The notes beneath the pieces are model-generated. The model was not told the origin of the DNA and did not search any database. It saw only the letters and a program-made list of their open reading frames with translations. This document shows positions 51,701-64,000 of a stretch of 64,000 nt of DNA, in pieces. The stretch lies in NCBI GenBank assembly GCA_040954595.2, contig CM082592.2, forward strand, positions 8,109,677 through 8,173,676. Reading direction: 5' to 3'. The stretch's first letter is position 1. Every line of letters starts with the position of its first letter. Origin of the DNA: Balanoglossus misakiensis (Eukaryota; Animalia; Hemichordata). Made by a program: the position numbers and the translations under genes.

Positions 51701-54700
51701 GTCGTCGTTTTGGTTATTTTTAGTGCAGCATGGGAAGTTATTTGTGACATGCTGACCATTGGCGTGCGGAGTATTCTTAGTGTTCTCAGCAACAGAACAG
51801 CTGGTCATGCTGCTTTGCCACTCGTACAAAATAACAAATCAAATAGCATTGAACAGTGTTCAGTCAGTATGTGTTGGGTGAAAGATTGTGCCATAATTAA
51901 CTTGTAGTTCAAACTGAGGTCATTGCTGTGACACCCAAAAATCCTGCACTTTGTCAGTTAAAGCACTGAGGAAAATATATAAGGAAATTGGAGTAACAAT
52001 AATGTCCTGTTTGGCTTTTGTGTGTGTAAAAAAAGTTAGGCTTGGCAAGATAATTTTTTCTAAAGTGTGTATTTATTCGTTATATTTTTTCAGGTCGCCA
52101 ATTTGTTTGGTGCTAAGAGATCTACTGTCATCACACTGTTATCATCCACTTTCGACTCGTCGGCTGTAATAATGCTGGTTATCATGGTAAGTGTAGCCTC
52201 TCTGTTGATTGGCTTAGAGGGGATCATGTGATAGCAATAAATTAGCATAAACAATACAAAACTGTAGGATGGGGACTTCCCATTGGTTGGTGAATGACTG
52301 GAAATGAGTATGCTCTGCAAACTGTCAGCACAAGTATTTTTGGCTTCTTTACTGCCTATATATTTCATTGTGAATAAAATTAGTTCCCGAGACTTATAAA
52401 ATGCATTGTACATGAATTGTTCAGAAAGAAGTGCAGTTTTATTTAGAATCTGGAGAGGCACTGCAACTTGAAACATGTTGCTAGGAAAAGACGCAAATGA
52501 AGTGCACTCAGGGGCTGGGAGACTAATTATCGATGATTGTGCTGTTGCCAAGCAACAAGAAAGGATACGTTGCCGCTTAGTTGAGCATTTTTAGGTGAAT
52601 TTTGATGCCAAATCGTTGCGTGCAGCCTTTGATAATAAAAGACAGACAAATTTAATGAAGGACTGCCCTTTATTTTTCTCTCTCTCTTTCAGAATTTATA
52701 CTATTCCGGCATCTCGCTGAGGATCGTTTTTGTAATCCTGGTGTCTGCGAGTCTTCTCTTCAACGTGAACACGTTCTTTCTGCTTCCCAAATCCCACATT
52801 CCGTACCCGCTGCCGGCGGATTATTTCTACCGGAATTCGTCCAAAAACATTGAGGAGATTGGCTTCCGGCCGATGGACAGCAGCAAGGCTGGGGGTTTGC
52901 CCAACGGCAGCGCCAGCAGATTGCACGGGTATTATGAAGCGTATAACGGTAAGTTTGCATTGCTTAAAAGGGCCACCATAGTCTTATGCCCATGTGCCAA
53001 ACCAGAGACTCTGGTAACAAAAATTGTGTACGGTCAATGCCGTGAGGCAGTGTGCTTTCCTGACAACAGACACGGTTGAGATAGTATGGAACAAAAGTAG
53101 CTGGTGAAAATGATCAAAAGTTATATAGGTATCATCGCTGTAACCATCTTTCTCCATTGTGCATGTCTTTGCAGCCGCTACTGAAGTGAGACCGTGTAGC
53201 AACAAAGTAGGAGTTCAGCCAGATAGAGCAGAAAAGACACCCCCTGAATCTAGTGGTAGGCAGTTTAGTTTAGGTGAAATCTGTCAATTGTCAGTGCAGT
53301 GATATGTCGCCATGGTGACATGACTGCAGCAGGGGATCGCAGTAGATTTTAGCCAGAACAGTGAACTAGTACTTTGTGCGTGCATCTTCCTGGATGCCTG
53401 ACAGGTGACAAAAAAAGGGTGGGGTTGTAAATCAAACAGGGTTAGTTTTGTGAAGTAACACAGTAATGAAAAATGATGCACAGGGGTAATAAGGGATGTC
53501 TCTGAGGGTCAGAGACAAACGAGAGGTCACATCAAGGGGCAGAAATTACTGAATATCGGCCACATCAAGAGCGATTGGGGGAATTAGCACATTAGGACAA
53601 AAGGCGAGGCAAAGGTCATGCGTTGCCATGGCAGCGGTGATCACTCGGGTCAGAAAGGACCCCGGTTGTTAATCCAGTGAGGAAAAAAAAATGATGGGTC
53701 GCCTTCGCCGTCGGGGATTCGAAGTGATATTATTAGTCTGCGATGAGGAAAATTGAAACTAATAGCATCAGGGATGGATCCCTTGTGTTGTGAATATTTT
53801 TTACATTAGCAGATGACCATTAGAGTCTTCAGAAATACTGACATTATGCGGCATTTTTTAAGTAATGGCGACGCTGCACTGTCTGCCTCGTCAATAGTTC
53901 CTCGCGATTCGGAAGGCATATCCTCAAAGCCATGTCTGGGAGAATATATACGGACCGGTGTCTCCACGATAAGAGGTCTAATGAGACCACGGCGAAATTG
54001 ATGCCATAACTTAAACTAACGAGATTAATAGCGCAGCTGATAGTCGCTGGAAGTTATCAATCGAATGTTTGGAGACAGTGGATGTAGCTGCATCATCCTT
54101 CATCCTTCGCCCCACTCTCAGAATGCACGTTCCTCATTTGGGAAATGACACTGTAATAACTGTAAAAGCTCTGTTGTGGTTTGAGTTTAATCTGTTTTCC
54201 CTAATCGGTGTATTGCTGTCTGTGTTTGCAGTTAGAGACCATCTCAGATTGTCACATAAGTTCAACATACAATTTGTTTTATTAAGGGGAGGGGCGTTCG
54301 AGGTCAATTCATTTTAGTAAACTCACTTCTACACTTGTTTACATAACTGCAATATTCCTTTTATTATAGCAAAAACTGTATACCAAACTGTTTATCCTCG
54401 TTTTGCCTCTCGTTTTGGTTCATTGTTTGATCCAGTATGGCCACCCATGTACCATGCTGACATCCAGCGGGGACTGTTTCATTGATGATGACTTGTAATC
54501 AGTAGAAAAAATTTTGATATTCTTTTTTTTCCTTCCAGATGACTACAATATTGTCTACGATAGCCCAGACTCTGGCGTCAATTCGTTCAACAATAACATG
54601 GACACAGCAGAGGAATCCAACAAGCCGGTCCCCAGCTTGACAAAATGCATCCTTTCCGGTCTCTTCTTCTCTCACCTTATATGGATGTCCATACTTCAAC

Positions 54701-56338
54701 TCAGAAACTGGTATTTCTTGGGCACTTTTAAACCCTGGATAACTTTTTTATCACTCGAGGATGACGACGATTCAATGACCTCAGATGATAAAGGTAAGTG
54801 TATTCCTCGGATCCACGTTTCAAATTTGCAAATGGCCTCTTTTTGCGTTTTAATATGAGATCAGTCTGGATCAGGTGTAAATTTCATTATTGTGGAAAAT
54901 TTAAGAGAGAAAAACTTTGGCTTGAGTTTTGTATGTAAAAGTTTTAATGTTTTTCTTTTTTTTTTCCAGTGGAAGACTACACATCAACGTTCGGGTTTAT
55001 ACAGCTTGGCGCCATCTTTGTTGGGCCTCTGTGTGGACTCATAGTGGATAGAAATAAAAAGAAAACTTACAAGAAGACATGGGAGAGAGGCAGCTGGCGT
55101 GGTGAGTAATCCCCCACCCAACACCCCCTCAGCACCCCCCACCCCACCCCCATCCCATGAGAAGTCCCTCGCCTCTAGCAGTATTATTGAATAGTACTAA
55201 AATTAAGCCAAAGCTTCTAATATGAATCTCACAGTATTTATGGCTGTGCCGTATGTGATCATAATTGAGCAGTTATCAATCATAACCATTGATTGTAATA
55301 AGTACTTGATTTATAACATCCAGGAAAGGTCACAGTTATTATTTACGGCTTTTGGCATGAAGCCAAGCCCTGTCACTGGTTACAAACGAAAGATTGTCAC
55401 AAAGTGCTGAGTGAGGGAGCTGTTTTCTCACATAGCCGTTCGCATCATGGACCCCCTTGTCAACATGTAGTTGAAACCACTAAGTTTCATATGCATAATG
55501 GCCACAGCTAATCTCTCTGCCTGTTTGTCTTTCAGTTCAACGTGTAAGGGGTCCGTATTCTGACCTTCAGGACACCGTTTTAGCGTTAGTCATCACAACC
55601 ACGCTCAGCGTTTTGTTCTCTGTGTGCGTCCAAATACCTATCTTAAAAGTACAGTACGCGTCGTTCGTACTTCAAGTCATACTCAGGTCATTTGTATACG
55701 GTCTCAATGCAGCGTTCATAGCAACAGCGTAAGTATTCAAATTTTTGAATAAATTACGTACTTTTTGCATATTTTGGTGTATTGATATTAGTGATAGAAG
55801 GCCGTTTTGATACATGCTGTTATTTTTTTTGTTTTTCAGATTTCCAGCTGAACACCTTGGCACACTACTAGGATTGGACTTGGCGTTGGCGGCCATGTTT
55901 GGTCTGATACAGTTCCCACTTTTCAAACTGACACAGAATGTGTTCGTGGGAGACCCTTTCTATGTAAGTGTGTTGTCCGTTGGGATGTCATGTCAGTTTG
56001 ACATCATTCATTTGAAACTAGAGCATTGTTACTGGGGAAATGACTAGTAATACACTGTGGGGGAAAAAAATATCACACACAGTTGTTTGCAATATCTTAG
56101 CGGCCATCATGGCACCTCACATTGATGAAATTTCTAATCTTGCCGACCTAAATCTTTTTCCTTACAGGTGAATCTTTCTCTCTTGGTGCTGAGTTTTTTG
56201 ACATATGCCCACCCCATCTACGTAGCGTACTACTGCCGGAAAGAGAAGAGACGCTTGGATGCTGAAGAGTATGAAAATATTTGCCGAAAACGAGAAAACG
56301 AGGAACTAAAGGTTGTGAATAGGATATCAACAGTCTAG
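45457..56338 (+). CDS. SLC43A3: SLC43A3-like equilibrative nucleobase transporter (ENBT1; MFS/SLC43 family), complete, 561 aa
   Basis: Nine phase-compatible exons (1686 nt): 45457-45794, 48683-48806, 52094-52186, 52693-52948, 54539-54793, 54970-55101, 55536-55728, 55840-55963, 56168-56338. Family motifs: GWPSL, LVTNFQVANLFG, FDSS, TFFLLPKSHIPYPLP, FPAEHLG, QFPLF, DPFYVN, HP. WPSL and HIPYPLP favour SLC43A3 over SLC43A1/2. Confidence 0.92.
48683..48806 (+). CDS. SLC43A3: SLC43A3-like coding exon 2
   Basis: ILFLGTFLMFIFSSPERSYLVYPAMILWGFGGCALLVTNFQ; CAG|gtaagt. Confidence 0.9.
52094..52186 (+). CDS. SLC43A3: SLC43A3-like coding exon 3
   Basis: VANLFGAKRSTVITLLSSTFDSSAVIMLVIM; phase 0-0. Confidence 0.9.
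52693..52948 (+). CDS. SLC43A3: SLC43A3-like coding exon 4
   Basis: NLYYSGISLR...TFFLLPKSHIPYPLPADY; G|gtaagt. Confidence 0.9.
54539..54793 (+). CDS. SLC43A3: SLC43A3-like coding exon 5
   Basis: PSLTKCILSGLFFSHLIWMSILQLRNWYFLGTFKPW; G|gtaagt. Confidence 0.9.
54970..55101 (+). CDS. SLC43A3: SLC43A3-like coding exon 6
   Basis: EDYTSTFGFIQLGAIFVGPLCGLIVDRNK; G|gtgagt. Confidence 0.9.
55536..55728 (+). CDS. SLC43A3: SLC43A3-like coding exon 7
   Basis: IPILKVQYASFVLQVILRSFVYGLNAAFIAT; GC|gtaagt. Confidence 0.9.
55840..55963 (+). CDS. SLC43A3: SLC43A3-like coding exon 8
   Basis: FPAEHLGTLLGLDLALAAMFGLIQFPLFKLTQNVFVGDPFY. Confidence 0.92.
56168..56338 (+). CDS. SLC43A3: SLC43A3-like last coding exon
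   Basis: VNLSLLVLSFLTYAHPIYVAYYC...NRISTV then TAG at 56336-56338. AATAAA occurs downstream near 56517, 57421 and 58233. Confidence 0.9.
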   Translation: MNLSLLVLSFLTYAHPIYVAYYCRKEKRRLDAEEYENICRKRENEELKVVNRISTV

Positions 56339-56817
56339 CGAACAAATTATTTCCTACTTCTGTTCATGTGAGGAATTATTTGAAGCAATCTGTGTCAGGT
56401 GTCTCAACTTGGATGTTTGCGTTGCGGTTATGTTAGCTTTAAAATTAAACCTAGACCATTCTGAACAAAAGAAGCAATTTTGAATGTTATCAAAAACTAT
56501 TGAAAGTATTCACTGAAATAAAAAATATGCATGTCACCTTTTAGAATGGTTACTGGTGGAATCATAGTTTTATTTTTTACGCGAGACTGGAAAGAAAATG
56601 AATTCCGGTTCCATTTGAGAATATGTTGCATTATCATGACCTTTGAGACTCACCATCAACAAGTGCTAAAACTGATCTTGAGATGTTCGGCATCACAAAA
56701 ATATATTGTTGAATTACCGGGATTTTGACTTTTCTTAAAAACCTGTGAAGTTGATTATTATTATAATTTTTTTCAAACTCTGCACAAGACCCTCTACCTC
56801 TCTGTATAAACTCTGGT

Positions 56818-56911
56818 ATAACCCTTTCACCACCATGGGTCGGTCCTAACCCACTGTTTTCTGTGGTGAGGTTGGACCTCTAAAGGGAAACTGGGGGGGT
56901 GAAAGGGTTAA
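56818..56911. mobile_element. ~90-bp MITE with piggyBac-like CCC..GGG ends
   Basis: (a)taaccctttcacc ... ggtgaaagggtta(a): 13-bp inverted repeat with ATAA/TTAA flanks. A second, degenerate copy is at 10146-10222. Confidence 0.7.
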
Positions 56912-58784
56912 ATTTCAACCTTTGAATGACAGACACTAGTGCCAAAAAACAAAGAACCTCTGTAATCATTTAGGATCTATCCTGGAAAATTTTGTTGTAA
57001 ATACACAAATCGCGACTGACTGGTACTGATTTCAAAGTGTGCATGGAATCCTGTAAAAAAGTGTATTTAATATTAAAATAATTCCAATATGAACAAAATT
57101 GGTTAGTTAATAAATAATAATTGTAATAAGTAAGGATGATTATAGGAATAGTGAATGTAAATCTTTGAATGATGATGATCTTGGTTTCATTACTGTTAGC
57201 TCGTACACATGACCAAACCTCAAAGAAAGTGAGTGTCAAGTAAACTTGGTAGTTCTAAAATGCACTCAAAACTTTTGGTGTACTATGGCATTGCCGACTT
57301 GTCGAAAGCGTATAGTTATTTTTCCCTCTCAATACCAAAGCAGGTGAAAATACGCCCTCAACGACGGAAAATCAATGCAATTGTTTTTTTATGTGTTGTA
57401 CATCTTGAAGGGTACAAAACAATAAAGCTTTGCAGGCTCCTTTTGTAATAATGATTTCACAAATCCAAGCAGCAGTAGAATTTTTACTCTGTCAAGTCAG
57501 AGTTTTGGTTCATGTTGAAAATTTTCCTTCACACAAGCATAGCAACTGCCAAGTTGAAAGTTATTCCGCTAGTTTAATGTTACTCTTTTGTATATAATTC
57601 CGCACAAACCCAAAATATCAAAATTGTACAATAATCAGTAAAATTAACTTTTATTGATCTATATGTACTGTACATTACAAATTTACAACATTACTCTATT
57701 TAATATTTTTGGGGCGTTTGCGTGTTTGAGAAGAGCCTGTGGTGTTTATTTTAGCAGAAGTGGAACGTTTTGTGTTAAATGATTCTACTCGCTGCATATG
57801 TGCTGTTTTAGTGAAGCTCCGTTTTTCGCCAGAAATCGGCATTATCTCCAACTTGAAAGTCAAGAGTGAGCAGTGCCCTCGTAGGCCTCTTTCTACATAC
57901 GTTTTGTTTATAGACGCATGCTGTTGTAAACTTTTAGTTGTCCTGTATTTACTTTTTATGTACACGCACAAAGTCAGCAGTCCAGGCTGAATTCCTGCCA
58001 CAGCTGTCGTCAATGTATTTTCCCAGGGAAAGGGAGGATCATGTTTGTTTTTGTATTTAATATTTATAAGCATGATGGAAATAGATAAAATAGATGTCAA
58101 ATGCAGCTCTGTTTTCAGTTTACATCTTGCACGTGTGAAAAGAATTATTTTGCTCTATTTCAATATTTCATATTCCATTGGTATGTTTTGTATATTTATT
58201 TAACTATTGCACATTTGGTCATCTAAGTATTAAATAAAGATTTTTTTTTGTTTGTTTATTCTGGGTGTCTGTTAATATTAAGCAATATGACAAAAGACTA
58301 TATTGTAATTTGCCGGTGTACCGTTGAATGTCCGCCTCATTGTGCCCGCGCCCCTCCCTTTCCGAAAAGTTCCATGCATCGTTCGGTGCCAATGCATGCA
58401 ATGTATGATAAGTTCTCCAGCGACGTTCTAGAGCAAATTTTCTTTCTTGGAAGTACCAAAGCGGTTCCGGTTGGTATAGTTTAAACCGAACCCAACTGCT
58501 TGACATGCGTTGTTTGGATACGGATGAAGCTCTCTAGATTTTTCTGTTGTTAATTGGTGTGGTAAATTGGGTGTGTGAAGATTACTCTAAATCGTGATCA
58601 CCCTGATAGGTCGGTTCCGCGGAAGAGAGTCAGCTTGTTTAATTGCTGTCAAATTTTGACGAATGTGCAACCCGAGTTTGTCATCGCGATGTCGTAATTC
58701 GGAAGCCCCCCCCCCCTTCCGTGGCACCCATGTGCTTTCTTCAACTCCCATGCGTCTCAAACAAAGTTGACCCGAGGTAACTTT

Positions 58785-59307
58785 TCGATGATTGGTTGGA
58801 AATTGTTCACACACGGCGCACGCACCCACCGCTTGGGAAAGGCTTGCCTCTCGCACCTGAAAAGAACGCCAAAGAATGCGGAAGCGTGGTAGCCAATTAA
58901 CCGTGCAAAATACTCTACTGTGGGGAAAAAATATATAAACGTGGTGCAAGAAATGCCTGGCGGAACACACGGAGAGAACAGCAGATCACTTTGGAATAAC
59001 TGTTGACAATGCATTATGACCGCGCACTGTACCATACACCTTTACTATAAACAGTATTCCAACAGGCCGGCGGACCGCCGTCTATTGGTGACCTGACAGA
59101 TCCGCACGCAGGCTGGCTTTTTGTATAGATCTCCTGTCGTCTGCCTTCTCTGCTCGTGATGGTCTGTGTCGCTGCTTGAATGCTAAGCCCCGAGAGAAGA
59201 CGGTTGAAGAGCCACTTTAAGCAAGTGGTTCTGAGAAATCGAATCGTCTCCAAGCGACGGGCTCAGGAAAAGCCCAAGCGACCACCACTGCGCCCAGCAT
59301 CCGATGC
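58785..59307 (+). promoter_or_regulatory. Probable promoter and non-coding first exon of the next plus-strand gene
   Basis: CpG-rich block with CCAAT boxes (ATTGG ~58791, CCAAT ~58893), TATATAAA at 58932-58939 and a strong donor C|gtaagt after 59307. Confidence 0.45.
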
Positions 59308-62300
59308 GTAAGTAATATTTTTCCCTATAGCATCGGCCGATCTCGATATTGTGTTTCTACCACATGAGTTGTGCCTATTCATTAGACGTGTACTTTGTTA
59401 CGTATACGTTATCACATTTTCACATATATCGGTTCCCCACCCTTTTCAAAGATTTATGTTCCGCTTGTATTTCTGGAACCCTTCTCACACACAAAAACCC
59501 GTTTTATGTCACGTTCATATTCTCTCCAATTTCATCCAACTCACACATTATAGTATGCCTGTCACTTCTGAGGCGATATGTCCACAATGCTGTCCAAAGT
59601 ACTTTTAATATTTGCGGTGGAATTGCTTTTTTATGGAATTGTACTTCCAGAGCTTTGTATATTTGAAATCGGGATTTTGTTTAGTAAAACCCTTGATATT
59701 GTCTTTGCTCGACTGTATATCCCTGGCCCGCAGTCATCTTCATTCGCTCACCATTATAAATATTCCAATTCTATATGGTTATAAATCATCAGAATTATCA
59801 ATAAAAATATCTAATAGCATAGTTGGCTGTCGAACTTTGAGCTCTACGATTTTTATAAATACAGAAGAAGCAACCGAAATGATTCTGGATTGAAATTTAC
59901 CGTTCTCCGCCCATCTCGGTAAAATGAAAATGCTTCCATCCAGCAAAGAACGTCATGTCACAGGTTAAACGTCCGTCGGGTAATAATTTTATGTGGAGAG
60001 ATAATTCAACTTTCTCGGTAAAAACAAACGGAAACGACCATGTTTGTGTGCAATCATTACTTTATTACAGTTGTGTGTTACGTTCATGCTAGTAATCCTA
60101 CGCAATGAAAAACAAGACATATGTTGCCATAGAAACGACAAAACATGGATTGAAATGGAAAATGAAAACAACAGCACCGCAAATTCTATCAAATACAGGC
60201 CCACTTTACAAAAGTTGACTATTATTGCCGACATGGAAAAATCCAGTGGTCGTCTTAAATTGATCCCGATGGACTGTTTTCTGGGAAATTCCCTCTGCTT
60301 GTCATGGAACACAATGGGTCTGATATCCAGAGCTGGTTTGAGTCTTTCGCAAGTACTTGGCAACCCCTAAGTAAAAATTAAATATCTTATAACCACGGTA
60401 TAAATGGCGTACTTTTGGCTATCTAATCAATGACATGAAAACAGCTAATCTTGGTCGGATTTGGAGAAGAAAGTTGGTCGGTTTACTCGGGGTGCTCTGG
60501 CGCAGATGGGGATCGAGGGCGAAAAGTGTTCAATCAAAGCTGAATGGCGGAGAGCCATGATTTATAAAGACGTCGGATTCGAGTTGAGCAAAATTCTCTT
60601 TCTGCCAAAACAACGCGGATGGCCAGGGTAGCTGTGTAAAGTCTGCAAATCTCGTAACTCTAACTCTCTTTTTGAAATAGATAACACCACTTTTTAATAA
60701 CATTTTTTGTGGGTCTGGAAAGTAAAATTACATCATTGGCACAATGTGACTTCATTATATGGTTGGGGAAGTATACGTGATTTATGGTGGCGTTGACACC
60801 ATTTCTAGGACAATAGACATTGATTTGGTATTCACCTTTTTGCAATCATTTTATTCTGCTTTATAAACGGTTAATGACTGTATTTTACCTATTCCCGAAT
60901 AGTGTATGAAAATGACTAATTTCTGAAGTTGAACCGGTAGGAGTCTTTTATGACCACTTGAAAACTTGTCTCTTTTTCGCTCCATAATTTCTTTTATCTA
61001 GACAATCGAAAAACAATTCATGTAAACGTTCCTATTCTCGAATAATTCATCGGTGTAAAGTTAGCGTTGATGACGACCATGACGATGATGGTAGTCCTAT
61101 AGCTTTCACTTTGGTAGTGATGATGATGATTCTCGGAAGCCTGAATAGTTTAAATGCTATACCATTCACTACTTTTTGTAAATTCCAGAATTTCTCCGAT
61201 GTTTTCCAGTCGCACATTTGAGTAGTAACAAAATTTAACTCTTTAAAACATTAGTTACCGGTTAAAATGTGTTTTTTATTGCTGAAAGTCGAAGATAAAA
61301 CTTCGCCTCTCACTCTTGTCGCCTAGGACGCCACTTATGTCACGTGATATATAATCTTTGGCTCAGACCATTATAGATCGGGAGGCGGGAGCGGGCAACT
61401 CTTTAACTACACGAACTGTAAATGGCCTTGTACAATGTTCTGTTGAGAGAAAATGAAATGCATGTAGTTATTGTATCACATCGGATACAAATGTGTAATT
61501 TGTAGAGCAGTTGACTGTGTGAGATGTTATGAATGACTTCAGCCACACCCCTGCACGTGCGTTAGTAATTGTCAGGACCTGTAGTGCAGCAGTAGTCATC
61601 AAGAAGGTAAACCCCTATCTAAACTCCCTTTGAAAACCCGACTTCTATTGAAAGCTTTTCATGCAGTCACTAAAGAGTAAATGTTACCGCTCATTCATGT
61701 GAAGTCGCGTGTATTACTGTGACCAGACACTACAGAACGTGGATACCACGAGTGGTCCAAAAGAGAGACGAAAGGACCCACGAAGCAACGGGTAGCGGCG
61801 GTGCACGTCGACTTGTTTATTTTTCGCCAGGCCCCGCAAATTTTTGCAACCGCCCGAGCCGATACGCGTGGTGAGGTCACAAGAGGATAACCCCAAACGT
61901 GCCGTTTGACAATATACCGAATTGATCCAAGCTGCGACCACCGGGACATTTGATCGTACGTAGTTTGCGCTCCTCGTGTGTTATTTCCGTAGAAACAGGC
62001 ATCGTATTTCATCCTTGTGAGAAAAATAGAGGACGATCAGGTTTCGGTCGCCCAAAGAATCGACGTCGAAGAGAAGTTGTGAACTATTATTGCTGCATCC
62101 GCGGGAGGAATATTTACCTACGACATGAGCAACCGATTTGTTTACTAGTGCGGGGATACCATCGAGCCTCTCGAGGAGTCCATCAAACATAATTAACTGG
62201 AAAGGGTGGATATATCGGAAATATCTTACTATTATAAAGATATCAAGAAGTTTGTTTTGCTGTCAAGCTGAGAAGCTTCTACGAAATGATGGCGGGTAGT

Positions 62301-62399
62301 GGACGTTACAGTTTTTAACCTTTGCACGAGTTGTTGTATTATGTCTTGACGAAGATTCGATCGATTTCCTCCAATTTTCTGATTGAACTTCCAAGTTCC

Positions 62400-62536
62400 A
62401 TGAAGGACATTATGGATTCCTCCGACAACACGGAATCGCCAGTGAGCGATACAGAACCTGCGCCACCCCCAAACCCGGACAAGCAGACGACTTCTCGGGT
62501 TTCAACTCTTTCTGGTATCTCAACGATATCAACTCG
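62400..62536 (+). CDS. Probable first coding exon segment of an unidentified gene (Ser/Thr/Pro-rich N-terminus)
   Basis: MKDIMDSSDNTESPVSDTEPAPPPNPDKQTTSRVSTLSGISTIST, ending at donor CG|gtatgt and preceded by a CpG-rich UTR-like region. No recognisable domain. Confidence 0.4.
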
Positions 62537-64000
62537 GTATGTGAACTTCACGCTGGCGATTTATTTCGCTCGCTTTTAATCACAGCCCCAGTGTCAATTA
62601 TGTTAAACTTTGCCCTACCTCTCCCGACTCGTTTGGAAATTTATGAGCCGTGCTAAATCACCACTGAATGTGAAGTGGCACGGTGGTATTTTGACCGAAT
62701 TTGCCGTCGGCAAGAATCGCACGGTTGACAACTCAGAAGTTTTACTTTGTGGGTCGGGGACTCGATCGCGAGGAAATTTGAGGACACGGCAGGGTGCTGT
62801 GAAGTTACTTAGCACTGCCTTCAAAATGGCTGACAACAATAGCTTTAATTAATTGGGTCAAAACTCAAAACAAAATAATTCACACCTTTGCGGGAGTTGT
62901 GTACGTGCGTGTTGGCATGGCAACAAATCAGCTGCGCGCCCAACGAAAGTAACACTGATTAACATATCGCACACATTGCATTGTAACAACATTGATTTGA
63001 CAACATATAGCTTGAGATAGTGCTCTGTTTTTTTTAACCATCCACTTTAGAAAGAACAGTTATGAATCCAAGATTCTGCTCTTTATCATTTTCTATTTTT
63101 GAGGCGAATAAAAGAAGAAACAAACTACTTTTATTTTGACAACTTGTGCATTGGGAAGGCACCACATGTTCATTTCATGCTTTTGTGATGGGTATTGTCT
63201 GAAGGTTGTAGTTTGCCTTAGGGAATTAACTCAATTGTGTTCACTCAAGCAGATGTTTTTGGAAGCCTACCGATTGAAATTATCAGTTGGTGATACCATT
63301 AAAAAGGTTATTTTCCTACTGATTTTAATAGCTCATTTTAAGTGCTAATAGCACTAATGAAAAAGAGCTTCTTTTCATCCAAGTTGAACTTTATCCAAGA
63401 ACGTTGCCACTAAAATCAGAATTTTATTGCTGAGGGGCGGTTTTAGTACCCAAGTTGAATTGTTCGTTTTCTAAAACGAAGATAAAAATCTTGTAATGGT
63501 AGATATGGAACGTGTCTGAGTTTAATACACTGTACGGCAGTGCGGGATGGGTGTGTTTGAATAAGACAAGCGAGATGTCTTCAACTACAGTTTAAGATAT
63601 ATGATGTAGATTTATCTAAAAATGTGTTCATCCATGGATCTTTAATGACCTAAATATTCATAATCTTGATATTTTTTTTCATGGGGGAATATTGTGAAGA
63701 AATGGCTATGTGAATTGTGAGCATTTCCTTCCCTTTTGTTACCATGACAACAACACTTATCTGTCTAAACTGACAATCAGGAGGTAATGTTTAAAGGTGT
63801 GATGATAGCCTATGAATTGGAGTGGATAATCATTATGTCAATACGGTTAGAGATATTAAAAAGAGATTAGACTTGCAAAACACATAAAAGAGCCCCCTTC
63901 CATGATAAGGCAGTGATTTCTGTTGGTGTTGGAAAGAAACAGGCCTGGGAAATGTATTGTATGTGTAGACAGCGGAAAAGGAAAAGGTGGATTTGCCTGT

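Noticed and set aside
45514-52551. Minus-strand ORFs of 159 aa (45514..45993) and 153 aa (52090..52551)
   Set aside because: Antisense to SLC43A3-like exons and adjacent introns, with no domain signal.
53700-53750. tRNA-Asp-like fragment on the minus strand (TTCGAATCCCCGACGG)
   Set aside because: Only a T-arm-like match; there is no D arm, anticodon arm or A box, and it is too short.

Overview
Intron-rich animal genomic DNA, probably from an invertebrate; the taxon cannot be fixed from the sequence alone. (1) At 1-12325 on the minus strand lie the first 12 coding exons (about 1030 aa, running off the left edge) of a secreted or surface protein. Its architecture is unusual: signal peptide, one six-bladed YWTD beta-propeller, six EGF/cbEGF modules, one sushi/CCP module and at least four cadherin repeats. 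(2) At about 13293-23996 is a 10.7-kb element with Helentron/HINE-like ends. It encloses 19 tandem copies of a ~556-bp unit arranged as a higher-order repeat (a 7-mer twice, then a dimer). Each unit carries a ~83-bp nested palindrome and a tRNA-like Pol III cassette (A box, anticodon-like hairpin, B box, oligo-T). This is the most interesting structure in the window. (3) About 21 kb of gene-free sequence follows, with small TTAA-flanked MITEs. (4) At 45457-56338 on the plus strand is a complete 9-coding-exon SLC43A3/ENBT1-like transporter gene (561 aa). (5) From about 58.9 kb to the end is the probable 5' portion of a further, unidentified plus-strand gene. All gene models were assembled by hand from GT/AG sites and phase continuity. 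No database search was run.
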